DNA of 63,445 bases, filler included, from Phoronis australis (Eukaryota; Animalia; Phoronida): NCBI GenBank assembly GCA_002633005.1. It is 5 parts of 5 records of this genome, joined end to end, with 100 filler letters (N's around TTAATTAATTAA, not from the genome) between each part and the next. Parts side by side here need not be neighbours in the genome. Positions count along the whole stretch, not along the records: positions 1 to 24,432 come from NMRA01000195.1; 4 more parts are not named here. One strand, given 5' to 3'. How positions within the stretch are numbered: the stretch's first letter is position 1; the number at the start of each line of letters is the position of its first letter. The notes under the pieces are model-generated. The model was given only the letters and a program-made list of their open reading frames with translations. It had not been told where the DNA came from and ran no database searches. This document shows positions 1-12,739 of this stretch, in pieces. The translations under genes and the position numbers were made by a program.

Positions 1-752
1 TCTTAGAGTTGATCACGATTAAAAGCGAAACAATGAAGTATGTTGGGTTGGAATTGACTCGTCAACGTGTGTCCTAGGCTAAGTACCTGTACCACAAACA
101 ACTCTCACTGAAATCTTTACTTCCAAGGCCTATCAATAAATTTGGGCAGAAATTTAATCAGTCAAAACGCGCAGTGTCAAAATTAGTTGACCTAAGAAAA
201 GCGAGCAACGATGCTTTTAGGTCTTGTATATGTTCAGTTTTAAAGTTATCTATCATTAAGTGGAGCCATCTATTCATTTCTTCATGGATTAGTTCTTACT
301 TCATTACATTCGTTCATGTTTCGTTTCCTTGCTTCCTATAGATTTGAGTTGACTTGATAGATCCTCTGTTATGTTAAATGTCTAAAGGAGTTAGTGAGAG
401 TGATAATCTATTGTATTCTCATACTTGTAGCGGCTTAAATTCTTAATCCTTTTGTCACCAGCCTCTATTGTTAAGTCTTGACTTGATTCACAAACAACAC
501 AGCCCAAGCTTCTCACTCACTGATTAGTTTTGTATTTGGCGAACATTCATCGAATAAGTTCACTTGCAATACCTTTATACTATCCACGGCTTGGACTTTT
601 CCTCCTTTAAGGTGATTTCCTCTTTTTTGTCATTCAGTTCAGTTTCACAACATCGCACCAGCCTATGTCTTAGTGGAACGATGCATCACCTGGGAAATTC
701 ACTTTCCTCTTTTTGTCATTAGTGATTGCAAGTCCTAGTAATTATCACGCCA

Positions 753-1105
753 GAAGCTTTTAAAACACGAATATGTTTTTCTCTCTGAAGCACCTCGGGT
801 TTTTTAATTCATAAGAAAACCCACAAAACTTAAATAATTCTGAATGGAGTTTGTACTGAAATGAATTTTGAAAATGAACCTAGCACTGGGCTGTCTGTCA
901 GTAGATACTTAGCGATATTAAAACGTGTTGAAGCTTTTAAAACACGAATATGTTTTTCTCTCTGAAGCACCTCGGTTTTTTAATTCATAAGAAAACCCAA
1001 AAACTTAAATAATTCTGAATGGAGTCTGTACTGAAATGAATTTTGAAAATGAACCTAGCAATTGGGCTGTCCGTCAGTAGAATACTTAGCGATATTAAAA
1101 CGTGC
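753..1105. repeat. Tandem duplication of a ~177-bp unit (2 copies)
   Basis: GAAGCTTTTAAAACACGAATATG...GCGATATTAAAACGTG starts at 753 and again at 930, near-identical. Confidence 0.9.
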
Positions 1106-4100
1106 CAATACTTTCTGAGAATAACAGCCTGCCATGTCATTGAGCGAAACTACAACCCGGAAAAACTCAGGCTGCCTTTCTCCTCCGTTACCTGTGCTGT
1201 ATAGGTCAGCTGAGTGAGCGGTATGCAGTACACAATAGAGGTACAGTATTAATAGCACGTAACCCACAACGAAGCAGTGACTCGGGGAAAAAGCCAGATG
1301 CAAGTTGACCTTTGTCCAGTGCATGCCCACGTGCCTGTCAAGGCGTATTCAATTTTCGGATATTCTTGAGATACGATAGAGAATGTCATGAATTGACGAA
1401 ATAATCATAAACAGTGTACATAAATTGTCATTGTTTCATACCCGCAATGCCTGCGAAAAAAGTCTTCAACTCTCTTTACAAACGACTCTGAGGATCAATG
1501 ATCTTAATTCAGCGTACAAACTACTGTAGACGCACACAAAATGACATTGTCCGCCCTCATGTGAACGACTGCCTCCACAGAACGGCCGGGCTCGTACATA
1601 TGTATGTTAGTACACAATTTTCCCTTAGATATACGTAATGGTTAATTACTAATGGCAGGTGACTGACCAATTCTAAGTGCACTCTAATTATAACAAGTGT
1701 ATGAAATCCTCGGTTATAATATTTTTCGACACATCTCAATGGCCGGTACTTGTATTATTGCCAGCACGAAACTATATCAGTAACTAACGAACGAACCATT
1801 TTTTGTGGTAAGACAAGGCTTCTCATCTAATTAAAACAGTTTTTTTGTGTTTTGACCAGTGTACGTGAAATTATTAGTATATTCCGTCAGTGGCTGTGAT
1901 TGCACCTAACTGCTAGACCCAACACAAAACACGATCGTTCAGTATAGCCGCTAAGGAAAGCAAGACGGAGACATTCTTTCAGATCACACGGACCAGTCAC
2001 GGCCTGTATTGATCGCGTTGGCTTAGCTCCTTTGTGCGAAGATTGCCTCAGGGCTCATTGCTGAACCACCAATTGTACCTCGCCATTGTGCGTAAGTAAA
2101 AATAAAATCACAACGCGGCCGCGTATTGATGGCACTTTCACTAGTTGCAACTTATACGGCGAAATCTGATAAGCAGTTGTTGTGTAACCCGGGGTAGTCT
2201 ACAACTTTAATATGGTGCCAAAAGGCAAAATAAACACAAAACAGTAAGCTATAAACGAGGCATAATTTATCAATGGCCCCATGGACTACTGCAAGGGGTC
2301 ACGTACTGCATTGTAAAATTGTGGGGATACTCCAGTTTTTAAAAGATTCTGAGTCACTTCCATTCAGTAGCGTCAAGACGTGATTTATTTGTCGCTCGTC
2401 CACAATATGTTAAATAACCATCACCTCTACACCACTGGATCGAATGAAATCCGCACAGCTAATATTGATACCACGAACTCCGAAGAGAATCACGCGGCAT
2501 TCATACCACTTGCAGTCTTTTCCTCCCCCCTCGCCATTGCGAATTGTATGGTGCCGTAGTCATGCCACTCGCAGTCTGTCCTTCAACCTTTCGCCATCAA
2601 TTTTGCGACCGTTCCCGTCGTCAAATGCCAAGTCTAATTTTATTCCTCCCCCGAAAATCCTAGCACTCAATGTAATTAAGAAACATACGACACAAAAGCA
2701 CAACCTTGACAAAAACCTGCGAGGAAATCAAGCCATGAGTGCAGGTTCAGCGGTCAGTGGTAGCATATGCAGGGGTAACCCCCCGGACATTTAATGACTC
2801 AATAACCGCAGTCCAACCGAGTCCAACCTAGGCCAGTCTTAGGTTGAGTCACAACCCAACCGAGTTCAGAACGCGTCCGGGCGAAGCCTGACCTCACTCC
2901 GGTTGAAGGTCACCCGAGGCCTGACTAAGGCTGAAGTGCGTTCGACGGGAAGCTGGATTCGATCAGCACTGTAGGCCCTATTCATTTCGCCACTGGCGTA
3001 TACAATGTAGTGTGTGGTTATTCTGTCATATCTAGAAGATCCCCTAAAGTGCATGATTTCGGGTTTTGCTGCGGGCAGAACTGTACCATGGGCATTTAAT
3101 CGTACCATGTGATCTGTTTGTGTCTGTACGTACGCTTTTGTAGAAGTGGTTAAAGCAACTGCTGTGCTTAATACATGTCAGTAAAACATGACTACATTTC
3201 TTCCATTCGAGTCTTGGGTGTAATACACTTGTATACAATTTTTCTGCGTTATGAAATAATTGGCCACCATACATCATTTACGCGTGTCTAGGCCTACTTC
3301 TCTGTCATTATCTTAGTACGTCTTGGTTGTTTTTGATGGGACAGGGCATCCAGTAACTAATGTCTTGTTTTCGTTTTGGTATAGGCATGCAGCGCGAAAT
3401 CTCTTACAAAATGGTTTTCAACAGAACGTAGCAAATTGAATTCCTGTCGATGCTAACGTGAGAGTTATTCACTTTGGATATTGCAATTATTTCTAGTAAA
3501 ACGGCCACAGTCACTATTTGCGAAGCACACACGAAATAAAAACCCTTCTATACCTAGTAATATATGTGTGCTCTCAGGCCGTAGCCGGGAGGGGGGGTTG
3601 TTGTAGGTTACATCGACATCGCAGAAAAGGCCCAGGCACAGCCTATAGTGGTTTAAGATACGGATGAACAACAAAAACAACATTTTTGCAGCTACTGGTA
3701 CAAATAACTACAATGATAACTAACTTAGTGACAATTTTGAAGTTGCTTCTGATTCAAAGCGTTTCACGGAATCAGCAGGCAAAACCTGGCCAACTTCACC
3801 CGAATAGTGTTAGCGTAGATGAGGCTTGGTGCTGTTCATGAGCATTGAACGCTGGTGGTGGCGCCACATACCGTAACAAGGGAGTGTAGAAGTAACTACA
3901 TTGTAGTTAGGCTGGATAGTAGCGAGAGAGCACATAAAAGTAGTGCGGTGTGAATACTTTAAAATCGACTTCTTGGCATAGTACGGTAAAAGGACAAGCA
4001 TTTTCAAATTTGGAATTGAAAGTTAACATTATATTTTGTTTATCCGCTGTCCACTGTGATCGCAGATTGGTGGATTGAAGTCCATGCGTGTACGTACACG

Positions 4101-6477
4101 CGTGTACGTTAACATTTTTAAGCCATGCATTAGAATGTCAGGCAATTTACAATAGTCTGGGAACATGACATGTCACGAATTTTATATTTGATATTGTATA
4201 CATATCACTTGGGGTAAAATTAGATCCAAAAATATAAAGATTAGTTGTGTCTTTCGTCACACTGAAAATATTTAACGAAATTGGGTGAAATGTTAGTCTT
4301 AACCCGTGTGCGCGACTGTTGAAAATATCTATCGTTTCAATGGGAACCGCTTTGCAGTTGTTTAAAAATCAAAATATGATAGCGTGATGCACTACTACCC
4401 TTTTTAAAATTGAGAATGTCAAAAATAAATCTGAATTACGTATTTTGATATTTTTTCTAATAACTTTTAAATGGCTTACCTCCACGGGCCAAAAACAGCT
4501 ACCGTCGGATGAGTTCTCCTCTATGTCGGGATTGCAAGTCCCCATCATGATGTTGACGTTTTCTATTCTACGTTCTGTTTCAAAATGAATTCTTCTCACC
4601 CTAATCAACGCTTATATAAAGGCTGAAAAAATGCTGTCTCATTATACACAATTAATATGACTTTGGAGTATTCGCGAGTTCAAATGTTTTGAGAAACCAG
4701 CAATAAATAAATCACGTACTGCGTTACCAGCTTCAGAGGCAATAAAGGTAATTCACCGGGCACCGAGGACGTGTGAGCGCATGCTGATTCAGCGTTTGCT
4801 GACAGAACGCTGTTGTGAAGCAATGACTCGATTTTATGCTAGGGTCACATGTTAGGTGAATCTTTATTTAGATATACAGATACGTTATTCACATTATTGC
4901 ATGTTACAGTACAACTTTTGCCCTTACGGTTTTGTAAAAGGGCAACTTGACTTCACGTCCCCCCCGACTGACAAATAAGTTGATTTGCACTTTCGTGGGT
5001 AATTCACTAATTTTGTGCACATTATTTCTTTGCCTCACTGGTACAGTCTTTTCGTAACTGGAGGTTTAGTTTTCAACTTAAGCTGGTTTATGTTTGTGAT
5101 ATCCAGTCCCGGCGGCCGCGACGAGCCTGATCGGGTTCCGAGACACTGGCTGGGATAAGAAGCGTTGTGTGTATTTTGAACTGAAAAGTCTAAAAATAAA
5201 ACACACAGTTACCTTTCTTGTATGTATTTCACGGACGAATGATTCAAATTTATCACCAAACAGACCCAAACTCCCGCGATCGGCCATGATGAATTGGCCT
5301 ACCGAACCTCTAGGAGTTTACATTACTTGACCGAACTCCTGTAGGCTACCGTACGTTCAAATACCTATAAATCCGTAACAGTGAAATAAAACAACATGTT
5401 TTTTCAGTAATTGGATGTATTTTTAAGGGTTGTGCATCGAAATGTAATGGTTTAGTGGTGTAAAACGATGCCTTCAAGCGATTACTTGGCACCAGTAAGC
5501 GAGTTTTGAACTGCTTAACAGACTGTGTTCGAACTGATTACGTCATTGGTTAATTTCAACACCTCCGTCTGCCGTCAAGTGTCAGGTAAAACAACTGACA
5601 TTGGTGTTATCGAATGGAACTACTTAATAATAAATTGATACAAAAAGGTTGTTTTCGGCGGTATTCTCCTTTAACATAGTTAGATATTTATGCCAATTTG
5701 TATCAATTAACTGGGTGATAAGTGTTAATCCAGGTTCTAGCCTCATTACATATCCAACATTGTGTATGTAGACTGACAAGTTACGGGTACGTATGAGATG
5801 ACGAGGTAAGCGAGGTCACCTGCAGTTTCAAAGGTTAATATTGGAAGAGTCTTATTTGAGCTTCTTTGTTAGCATTTAGATCAGTAACCATTTTTGGATA
5901 TCGAAATTCTGTTGTGATTTTGGTGAAGAAAAAGATTGGTAGTCTTGCCATTAAACAAAGACATAGCTGTTGGAAGCCAGTGTTTATGAAGCTATATTTT
6001 GAACTCAAAACTGCTCTAAAGTTAAAAATTATATGTCGTGAGTCTTCTGAGAAGTTGTGGAAAAGACGAGCGACAATACAATACTTGTCTAGTACTGATG
6101 GACTTCATACTGAAAGCAGCCTTTACCATCTTGACTCCATTCAGATGGCCTCTCAGTATGTAGTGGACGAAAATCTGATAATGCTTCAAGTTCCAACAGG
6201 AGGCTTCCGTATACTCAAGTAAGAGCTGATCACATGAGACCGGATACCATTGCCCTCTAGAGGACAAGGACATAACTTCATTATTTTATGCTTCACATGT
6301 CTACTCACACGTTTAATCAACTTTGTTCGCCTGTGCCTCCCGCTGCCCTAATTCCTTTTTGACGATCTACTACACACATTTCTCACTTATGTCAGTCACG
6401 GCACATTTTATACACGCAGCAAAGTGATAACACTAGCTTTCCACTCCAAAAGGGGAAGTTATTGAGGCACTGACGGC

Positions 6478-6478
<1 letters not shown>

Positions 6479-6535
<57 letters not shown>

Positions 6536-6544
6536 CCACACACA
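6479..6544. repeat. (CA)n microsatellite
   Basis: Directly visible; explains the spurious CVCVCV ORFs. Confidence 0.95.
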
Positions 6545-9500
6545 TGAATATGCATTGATATAATGTCCACGGAACTCTGGCTACCAGTAGATTCGCGCGT
6601 TTCCGTATGATTGCCAACCAATTTCTCACCCCAAAACCGTCCTCCGCTTCCAACGCACTGTGTCAAATCCTCTTTAAGCATTCCACAAAAATAATGTATT
6701 TTCAGACCCACTCCACAGCTAATTCATAGTAAGCAACAGCAGTTTCTTTGTTTACCGGAAAACCACAGACAAAACCATCAACAAATGATAATGTTCATGA
6801 AATTGTGTAAGATCTAGAAAGTTGCGAAACGGGAAGGGGCACCACAGTTTTTATAAAAATGGCTTATTGGTGGTGTTTGTTGCTTTTTTGGCCGTGACAA
6901 TTAGAATATCCCAGCTTTTCAAAAGTAGAGAGATATTTGATTTCGACCCTCGTAAAAGGATTTTTTCCAAAGCTACTGCATTTCGTCTAGTTAGTAGAGG
7001 TATCCTAATTCTATGACTACAAGCACCTTTCAAAAATAATAAGGTACTCTAAGGGCCTAAAAATTACGATATTTTGACAGATACATGCCAACCAGTAGCG
7101 AATAATTATTTACTTTTTTGTGTAGTTTGTCGACGTTGCACTTTGCGGGGAAATGGTATAATCATCAGTCAGTTTCGACTTCAGATGACACCAAATTTGT
7201 TACCGCGAGACGACTTTTGTCTCAATTTGTACATGTAGATCAAATGTAGCTCAACACATTAGGTGGTACTAGAAAGTTGTGAGGATTGCGCCATCTGAGA
7301 CTGTATCGGGAGACGAATTTACTCCATTTGACCCTTCCAAAAACCACAAAAAATACTCAACTGATGCGGTTAAAAATAGACAAAGATTTACCGAAATCTG
7401 TCGAATTTCCTTGAATAAGTAGTAACGAGTCACACCTGACCAGTTGCACAGGTTCAGTGTTTCAACGTTACTTCCACTGCTCAAGCTAACTATTGAAATG
7501 GCCGTTACTGAACCCATTTTAATGATACCATGTATTTATATCACACTGCTAAACATTCTGTTTAAACCCTGAGTGTACATTTTTTATTTTTTCAACAAAA
7601 ATAGGAGAAAATGTACATTTTCCACTTGATCTCACCATTTCCATTTATGAACAGTTCTAAAAAGGTAACTTCGGTCATTTTTTCAAGAACCATATTTACC
7701 TTTCCAGGGTTAAAACTAAATTCGAACCTGATTGCTCAAATGTTCTTTACAGAACCAGTCAAAACATCCCTTAATAACAAAAAGTGGTCCAAACTGGTGA
7801 GATAATTTCATTCAAATACAATATTATCTCACCAGTGTAGATTATTTTTAAAATTCAATTTAACTTCAGTTTTGAAGATAGAATTTTTTTATTTTCTTAA
7901 AAATTATTTTTGTTACAATTTTTCTACCTCGTGGTAGCACTCTCATTAGTTTCATTTTTAAAAAATTAAATTTTTCATTAAAATAAATGCCCAGTCAATG
8001 CTGTAGTGCATCAAAACTTTTTAGAATACGAATATGCTCTTTTAAGAATTTCATCAACACAACACCTCTCAGTTTCTGTATTATTTGATAGGAATGAACT
8101 TGATTTAAAATTCTTTAAAATTTTAGGGTCCAATTTAAATTTGTTTAATGAAAAATACATATTATCATTTTTTATCAAATGGTGTGCAACATAATGTTGT
8201 GAAAACATTTATCTTTCTTGGAAAAAAAGATTAATTCTCATAACCTTACATGTTTTTAAGGAAATAACGAAATACTCTGAAAGAGGCTATGTTTCTGGTT
8301 TTTGTTCATTATGAATTTATTTGTTCTGCAAATTTCCTTTTTCTGAATTATTTAAAAATGTTTTGGAACTAAAAAAATAATTTCACTAAGCCATGGTAAT
8401 TCTTGAAGTGTTTTGTCATTTTCAAGGTACTAAGTTGCTACCTTTTTAAAACACCACTTGTTCAGCTTAGATTCAGGGGCAAAAATGTCCTGTCACAAGT
8501 TGAAAAATGGTTGATTTTTTAATTTTTGTTTTCTTGCTCGTGGAAAATACGATGGTTAAACTATTTTAAAGCACACTATTTCTTGTTTAGTAACACAGTA
8601 AACTATTGTTTCCTACATATAGTTGTCTGAACTTGCCATTTTCTGTGGCCCGAAATTTCAGGGTGCTGTTTGCTGAAAAAGGCCATTTTTGAGGCACTAA
8701 AATTTAAATACCTTGAAAACTGCCCAACCGATTTGAAAAATCCAAAAAGTTGTATAAATGGCATGTACATAGCTCTCATTTAACACTCCTTTCAAGTCTT
8801 TCTAATGAAATTTGTATTTTGGTTCGCTCACCTATTATAATACAGGATGTTGGGGACGATCAGAAGCTGAGGACACTTGTAGCTGTGGCTGTAGCAGGAC
8901 ACCGTAAATGCTGTCCGGGGAAAGAAATATTGCTCATGGTTTGCTGGACCCCTCTGTTGTGTACATTCATTGAGTTTTGTGTTTGATATGTTCGAATACC
9001 GAGTGCCATACCTTGTACATGTAGTATATTGTAGGCCTAATTTGTATTGGAGACGATCAGAAGCTGAGAATGTCTGCGGTATAAATCAGGTTTTCTATAC
9101 TTTTACAGACGCTGGCAGGGCATGCAAAGTGAAAAAATACGAAACTTACCAGAAATCTGAAGTTCACTGTCAAAATCCTTCACCATTCGGTTACACACGC
9201 TGGTTTCAAACTGTAGAAAATCTCTAAACACCACAGGTGTTATTCAACAAAAAATTCAAAATGGCATATTTTTCATGAGTGTCATCTGGTGGAAAGTTTT
9301 CATTAAAAAATAAAATTACACTGTAATACATCTGCTGGTAATTAAGTTTTTTATGAAAACGGAAAGTTTTTACTGTCACACGTCTGATGGGGATTTTTTA
9401 AAGAAAACCGTACGTTAAAATAGTAAGCCCGGCCCTCCTGTGGGCAAGTCTGTAACTGCCCTCTTGTGTTCAAGTCTGTGTTTACCGCTCGGTATTACGA

Positions 9501-11657
9501 CCAAAGATTTTATAGATATAGTATCTTTGTTACGACCTCAGTACCGGGTGTATACAACCGGAATGGTACGAAAGGGTTCAATCGGTTACTGTCGTTGGAC
9601 GGTATTGGGCCATTAGGAGCCGAGAACCCTAAAGCGGTATGCGGTGCACGCGGTAAGAAGCAACAAATAAACAGTACTGGGCCAACATTGTCATGTTTAC
9701 TGGGATATGGTGAGCTATTGAGCATCTGTAACACTGTAAAACCTTTAAAAATGAAAAAAAATATCCATTCTGGCAATAGTTTTTGTGTGAACTTGAAAAG
9801 CGTTTACGACAACACAAACGTTTATTCCGACGTGTCCTGTTTCAGAGGGTACGTGATTGCACGAATATACAGTTCTGCAGTCTACTCAAAAAAGTCTTTA
9901 GTTCGGGACGGAGTCCAAAATTTGTGACATGGAAATCTGAGCAAACACTGGAATTTCTTGGTGAAGAAATTTAGAACATGGGAGAATTTTGCCTTTTGAG
10001 TGTCACTCAAGTTACAAACAGAGTGGAATTTTACACAACAGGGTCTGAAAATAGGCATGTAAGTTCACACGAATCAGTGCTGATCACTGACACCTTTGTG
10101 AAAACTGCCACCAGCAGCTTTGAGTATTGGATGGCTAATATTGCAAATTTCTAAAAAATGGGACAAGCTCGGACCTCAAGCAAAATGAGTAATTTTTCTA
10201 TCTCCCAAACTAGAGACTTTTAACCGTAATTAACAGTTAAGGTACTTAACAGCCAATGTTTCAAATTTGGAAAACTTTCCAAGCTTCCTTTTCTTTGTGT
10301 TTCTATCTGTTGTTATCCACGCCGTTTTGTGGCAAATGATTCACCTAAGGGCAGCACACATGTACATGTATACATTTAAGATATCTGTTCCTCTGAACAC
10401 AGTCAATCGGAACAGATAATTTTCTTGGTTTTCTACAAGGCTCAGCATTAACAATGGTTCATTGACCAGCTTTATCTTTTTCCAAGTGTTTCAGAACTCT
10501 TTAAAATTTCGTAACACCTGTAAACTGTGTATAACACGGTGATACAAAAGCTCCGTTTCGTCACATAACAATGAACCTTTTCTTGCACTGAAATTCGATC
10601 CACGTCTTTGTACATTCTTTAGCCTGCGCTTAGTAGACTCAAAAACGCGGTGTATGTAAATTCAAGAAGCTCAAAATTGGGTGCGAAGTATGAGACGTGA
10701 ATGTAACTAGGGACAGGCAACTTACCAGTCTATTACTGCGACAACTAGTCAGTCGCTCACACTATATTTGACATGTCAGCAGTGTCGCAGCTGGAACAAA
10801 ACTTCTCTTTGTTTGAGATGCACAAAATGATTCAGGAAACAAGACATATTGGATTTTGCACAGACAGAATACTTTCCTGTCCTCCCATTGGCTGTTCTAA
10901 TCAAAGTGCAGCGACACCCAGTGACAAGCAAAATATTCGAGGCTTGTTTTTACCAACTTTTGAGCTATTTACTAAACGTGCAAGTATATTCTTGGAAACG
11001 TTGTTACAACTGACTTTGGTCATCTGAAGAAAGATTTTCTCCAAAGTTGCTTTTGCCCCCCGAAGTAGCCACAGACTTCAAAGATAGGAGAGCGTGATCA
11101 TTGGCCTAGAAGTACTTTTGCAAGCAGCAAAATCGCCAGAAATCTGAACGGTATCAAGGATCGCTTTTGCTTGTGTTTTATTGTAGACATGAGTTACCCC
11201 AAAACTACTTTCTTAGACAGACCACCGCTTCAAAGAACTTACATGTACATGCGCACAGGTAAGAGCGCTTTGTTCCATCGTCACGTCTGACTGAAACCGG
11301 ACGTGTTCTCAAAACAATTTCTGTTTAAAAGTGACTTGGGTGGTAAAAAAACAAACTAACTGCTGACCAAAATTGCCCTATCGCGGAAAGCTTCACTGTC
11401 CGGCTAAACTGCTAGCATTTTCACGTTAATCACTCTGTGAACCTATTACCAATTTAATGTGGGCTAGAACATAATAACAATGTTATAGTAACTTCGGGTT
11501 TATAAAAATTAAAGGTTATGAGAACCATGCTCTATAACAACCCCATGACCAATATGAAGAGATCATTGGGCTTTTGTCGTCTCAGTTCGTTCGTCCAACC
11601 AGCACCGCTGGGGCTGAGATAACCAGGTGCTTATTGGCAATAACGCTAATTTCCCCA

Positions 11658-12739
11658 TCATACTTCTTCCAGAAAAGCTACGGATTCTTTCGAGAGATGT
11701 ACAGATAGAGATTTTTGAACCCTAGATTTCTTCCGAAGTTGAGAGGTATGGTGACTTGCCAGGATCTGTAGAAGTACTGCTGACAACAATCCTAAACAGG
11801 CTAATCCCAGACAAACATGCATTAAGGACATTTGGCCCTTATTCTGCAGTAGGTAGCCAATCAGATTATCCGTACCAATGTCGACTACGCCGGTTATAAT
11901 AGCTATCCAGCCAAGGAAACCCACAGAAAGGCTGACATAATTATTCAACCACGACATCATGGTATACCAAATGGGTGAGGCGAAAAATCTGTAAGCACAA
12001 AGGTATATCCATAATGTCGTACGAGACGTCAGACCAAACGATAGCAGTGCGCATGACACAGTCGTTCCAATAACTTCGGTGAAGAGCATGAACTGTACGG
12101 GAACGAACAAACTTAACAACGAAGCCGCGGCACGTGACACCAAGCGTAGGAGGTTTGCAGTTGATATTAGATACGCAGCTTCATCTTTATCAAATTTCAA
12201 GTTGGATCCTGTTGCGAACGAAAAGCCCCAAAGGGAAATTGAAGATGCGTGACCATACAGACAGCACAAAAATGTTGATACTCCAATAAGCACGAGCAAT
12301 CCAAATGTGAAATCCCCGCTGGCCCAATTCCGTGGGGAAGTAATTTCCAGGAAACTGTACTTTGACTTGCCATTCGGTAAGTCTCTGCTGGGTAGTTCAT
12401 TGTCGGCAATCGGAATATTACATGTACGTCGTTCAAGAAGATCGAAAAGTAAAAACAATGTCCCAACTAATGCCACTAGAGTTGCAACAAGCATGAAGGG
12501 TATCTCTATACGCGCCGGTTCGGTGTTTAGAGACCGTTCCGTAAAATTGTGGGCGTTCACTTGATGCAAGGACTTGTTGAACAGACTAACATTTTCTGCC
12601 CGGTGTTTCCGGGAATCGGAAACGAAGGATTTACTTATTAGTGGTGTAAGTGCTTGTCCCACGGCATAACCCAATGACAAAAGATGCAACGGAAACGCCG
12701 CTCGATCTCCCCCCATCGAACTGATTACGTGAGGTTGCA
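11658..12739 (-). CDS. MFS transporter exon 4 (terminal, 1082 nt)
   Basis: Acceptor TCTTTTATCTTTCAG; 360-aa hydrophobic ORF ending in TGA. Confidence 0.9.

Noticed and set aside
5866-6273. Overlapping 118-aa and 83-aa ORFs
   Set aside because: No recognisable motifs in the frames examined.
6433-6711. Cys/Val-rich ORFs
   Set aside because: Translation of the (CA)n microsatellite.
1567-9450. Weak inverted similarity between 1567-1595 and 9423-9450 as TIRs of an 8-kb element
   Set aside because: Short and mismatched, with no TSD and no transposase recognised between them.
9466-9927. 153-aa plus-strand ORF
   Set aside because: Non-ATG start, no recognisable domain, no supporting exon chain.
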